From Dehalococcoidia bacterium (GTDB taxonomy: Bacteria > Chloroflexota > Dehalococcoidia > UBA2979): DNA of 64,000 nucleotides. Of this stretch, positions 61,716 through 64,000 are shown one piece after another (the first letter of the stretch is position 1; the number at the start of each line of letters is the position of its first letter). Location of the stretch: assembly GCA_034406555.1 (NCBI GenBank), contig DASCRM010000077.1:10911-74910 (forward strand), written 5' to 3'. Made by a program: the position numbers and the translations under genes. A model generated the notes under the pieces. That model ran no database searches. It saw only the letters and a list, made by a program, of their open reading frames with translations, and was not told the DNA's origin.

Positions 61716-62203
61716 GCGGTCCGCGCGAGGATGAAGATCGGCACCTCGCGGCCGCCGACGCGGTCGAGGTACTTGTCGTAACCGGGGTAGATGCGGACGG
61801 CCTGCGGCCAGATCTGGTCGCGCTCCTCGGCGGTCGCGGCACGCACGGTGACGTCGTACCACTCACCCCTCACTCGCACGCTCGCCCGGGGCTGTTTGCG
61901 CAGGTTCTAGTACCAGCCGGGGTGCTTCGTGGTGCCGAAGCGGGTGCCGATCACGACCACGTCGTCGTCGTGGCGCACGTAGAGTAGCGGCACGGTGAGC
62001 TGCTTGCCGCTGCGCGCGCCGGTGGTCGCCAGCTGGAGTGTCGAGATGCCGAAGGTCATGCCGACGTGCCCTCGTGTGAGCCACATCAGCGGACGGTCGA
62101 TGTGGTGCAGGGTCGGCCGAAAGAGCGCCGCGCCGAGCCTCGATGCGGCGGACATGTCGAGCGGCTTGCGCCACCACGGGTGTGCGGGGTTGCTACTGCT
62201 CAT
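61712..62203 (-). pseudogene. Deazaflavin (F420H2)-dependent nitroreductase, DDN family, with in-frame TAG at 61907-61909 ('TKHPGWY*NLRKQP')
   Basis: N-part 'RGHVGMTFGISTLQLATTGARSGKQLTVPLLYVRHDDDVVVIGT...HPGWY'. The C-part continues in the same frame with 'NLRKQPRASVRVRGEWYDVTVRAATAEERDQIWPQAVRIYPGYDKYL'. This matches the DDN consensus 'P.WYhNL'. Confidence 0.7.
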
Positions 62204-62286
62204 CGCTGCCTCGCTCTCGCGTCGGAGGTGCTGTCCGGTGATGCTATCAGCCCAGTGCTCACCGGCGATCGCGTATCGGAGACCCC

Positions 62287-62643
62287 ATGCCCAGTCCCAT
62301 TGTCTCCTTCCAGATTTCAAGCGCCGATCCCGAGGCCTCGCAGGCGTTCTACGACGAACTGTTCGACTGGGACTTCGGCGAGGCTGGCCCGGACGGCGGC
62401 ATCTCGATCGACCCTCAAGGTCCGGCGGACTTCGACGCCAAAGGCTCGCTCACGGCAGCGCGAGGTGATGCCAGCCCGGGGGTCACGCTGTTCGTCCGGG
62501 TCTCGGACCTCCCGAAGACATTCGAACGTGCAGAGTCGCTGGAGGCGGAGGTGATTGTCCCGATTACGCAGATCGACGGTGGAGCGCACCTCGCCATCAT
62601 TCGCGCGCCGGACGGGATGGTTCTGGGCATCATCCAAGCCTAG
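62287..62643 (+). CDS. VOC-family (glyoxalase/bleomycin-resistance fold) protein
   Basis: 'IVSFQISSADPEASQAFYDELFDWDF', 'LAIIRAPDGMVLGIIQ'. Confidence 0.6.
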   Translation: MPSPIVSFQISSADPEASQAFYDELFDWDFGEAGPDGGISIDPQGPADFDAKGSLTAARGDASPGVTLFVRVSDLPKTFERAESLEAEVIVPITQIDGGAHLAIIRAPDGMVLGIIQA

Positions 62644-62665
62644 CGCCGGGCTACCCCGGAGCGAC

Positions 62666-64000
62666 CTACAGCAGGTCGGAGTCGGTGACCACCTCGACGA
62701 GTGCCGGACCGTCGTGTGCGAAGGCCCGTTCGACGGCTGCATCGAGGTCGGCCCGTTCGGTGACGCGAATGCCCAGCGCACCGTCATTGAGCAGGACGTG
62801 CGTGATGTTCATGCCGTACTTCACGGCCGTCGTCAGCTCGCCGAGGTACTGGCCGAAGCCACCGTCGCCCGTGACGGCGATCGTCGGACGGTCGGGCGCG
62901 GGCGCCCACGCGCCCATCGCAGCGGGGTAGCCGAAGCCGATCGAGCCGAGGTAGCCCGGCATCAGCACCGACTGGTCGCCACTGCTCTCAAAGTAGCGAC
63001 CGAAGGAATAGGTGTTGTTGCCGACATCGACGGCGATCACGGCGTCCTGCGGAGCGTGGCGCGTGAGCGCGGCGAAGATGCTGGCGGCGTTCACCCCGCG
63101 GCCGCGGTCGTCCTCTGCCCGTCGCGCCTTCTCGGCCCGCCAGATCTGCCAGCGCTGGGCGACATCCGCGCGCTGATCGACGGCCGCGACAGTTCCGAGC
63201 GCCGCCGCGATCTGCTCGCACGCCGCACCCACGCCTGCGAGCACGGGGACGGTCACGGCATGGGACTTCTCGATCGCCATCGGGTCGAAGTCGACCGGGA
63301 TGATCGGTTTGTACTCCGCGATCCCGGTGTAGTCCGAGAACGACGCACCGAGCACGATCAGTAGGTCGGCTTCGTTCATCAGCCAGCTCGCGACGAGTGT
63401 GCCGCTGCGTCCCAGTACTCCGGCTGCAAGCTCGTGGTTGTCCGCAACTAGGCCCTTTGCCTTGAAAATCGTCGCGATCGGCGCGCCGAGCTGTTCCGCG
63501 AGCGCGGTCAGGTGCGGGATGTGGAATCGCGCCCCGTAGCCGGCGATGATCATCGGCCGCTTCGCCTGCTCAATCGGCTTCGTCGCTCGCTCGACCGCCT
63601 CGTCGGGTGCCGGACATCGAGGTCCGGCACCCGCCCCGCCGACGAGCCGGGGTTCTCGTCGCCGACCGGCAGGGTCTGGACGTCGTTGGGAAAGATCAGG
63701 AGCGTGACGTCACGCTCCATCGTCGCGTGCTTCGGCGCGAGGCTCATCAGCTCCGCGTGCTGGCTATCGGGCAGTACCGTCTGACTCACCGCGAGACGGA
63801 GCCGCAGGCGGCGGCAAGGTCGCCCTCCTGGAACATCCCCGGCCCGACAACCTGTGTGTCGATCTGGCCGGTCAGCGCCAGCACGGGCGCGCGGTCCATC
63901 TTCGCGTCCCGGAGGCCGGTCAGCAGGTTCGTCGCGCCCGGCCCGGCGATGCCGAAACATGCGGCGGGACGGCCGGTCAGCTTCGCGAAAGCGGAGGCCG
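62666..64000 (-). pseudogene. Thiamine-diphosphate-dependent enzyme (acetolactate synthase / pyruvate oxidase family), 5' end beyond the window, frameshifted at ~63605-63630
   Basis: N-domain 'CFGIAGPGATNLLTGLRDAKMDRAPVLALTGQ'. The middle/TPP domains run from 'PDEAVERATKPIEQAKRPMIIAGYGARF' to 'VTGDGGFGQYLGELTTAVKYGMNITHVLLNDGALG'. These lie in different frames, joined at a palindrome. Confidence 0.7.

Overview
This is a 64 kb, high-GC (roughly 68-70%) bacterial chromosomal segment that is densely coding on both strands. Roughly two-thirds of the confidently called genes end in TAG, an unusual bias. F420-linked enzymes (several LLM-class oxidoreductases and a DDN-family deazaflavin nitroreductase), a class-F-type sortase and a heavily expanded family III CoA-transferase set point to an actinobacterial or Chloroflexi/Thermomicrobia-like organism; this is inference only.

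The first ~27 kb is a catabolic paralog cluster:
- eight family III (CaiB/BaiF) CoA-transferase genes, one of them a 765-aa tandem fusion of two complete domains
- three crotonase-fold enoyl-CoA hydratases and two MaoC/hotdog hydratases
- an acyl-CoA dehydrogenase and an ETF alpha subunit
- three LLM flavin/F420 oxidoreductases
- an AapJQMP-type general amino-acid ABC transporter and a DHA2-like MFS transporter

The rest is housekeeping and envelope genes:
- gyrA, thiL, tsaE, tsaB, ndk, rsfS, mnmA, rnhA, a SIS PGI/PMI isomerase, epimerases and a polyprenyl-phosphate sugar transferase
- tRNA-Pro(CGG) and a tandem tRNA-Ser(CGA)/tRNA-Ser(GGA) pair
- an ECF sigma / anti-sigma / S8 protease module
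- a cluster of thioredoxin-like lipoproteins, a TlpA redoxin and a sortase

No CRISPR array, integrase or transposase was seen. I found no single obvious novel multi-gene system. The most unusual features are:
- an accumulation of interrupted genes: three different genes carry a single in-frame TAG with homology continuing through it (HDOD protein, class-A beta-lactamase-like protein, DDN nitroreductase), and a tiny Gly-rich membrane ORF carries an in-frame TGA
- two frameshifted genes: a 2H phosphoesterase, and a TPP enzyme whose frameshift sits exactly on a perfect 12-bp inverted repeat
- a roughly 1 kb patch of abutting gene fragments (a sigma-factor C-terminus against a cytidylate-kinase-like C-terminus)
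- a previously unrecognised ~90-bp GC-rich repeat family with three copies in 3' intergenic spacers

Coordinates follow the supplied ORF table. Hand-refined starts are approximate to a few nucleotides.
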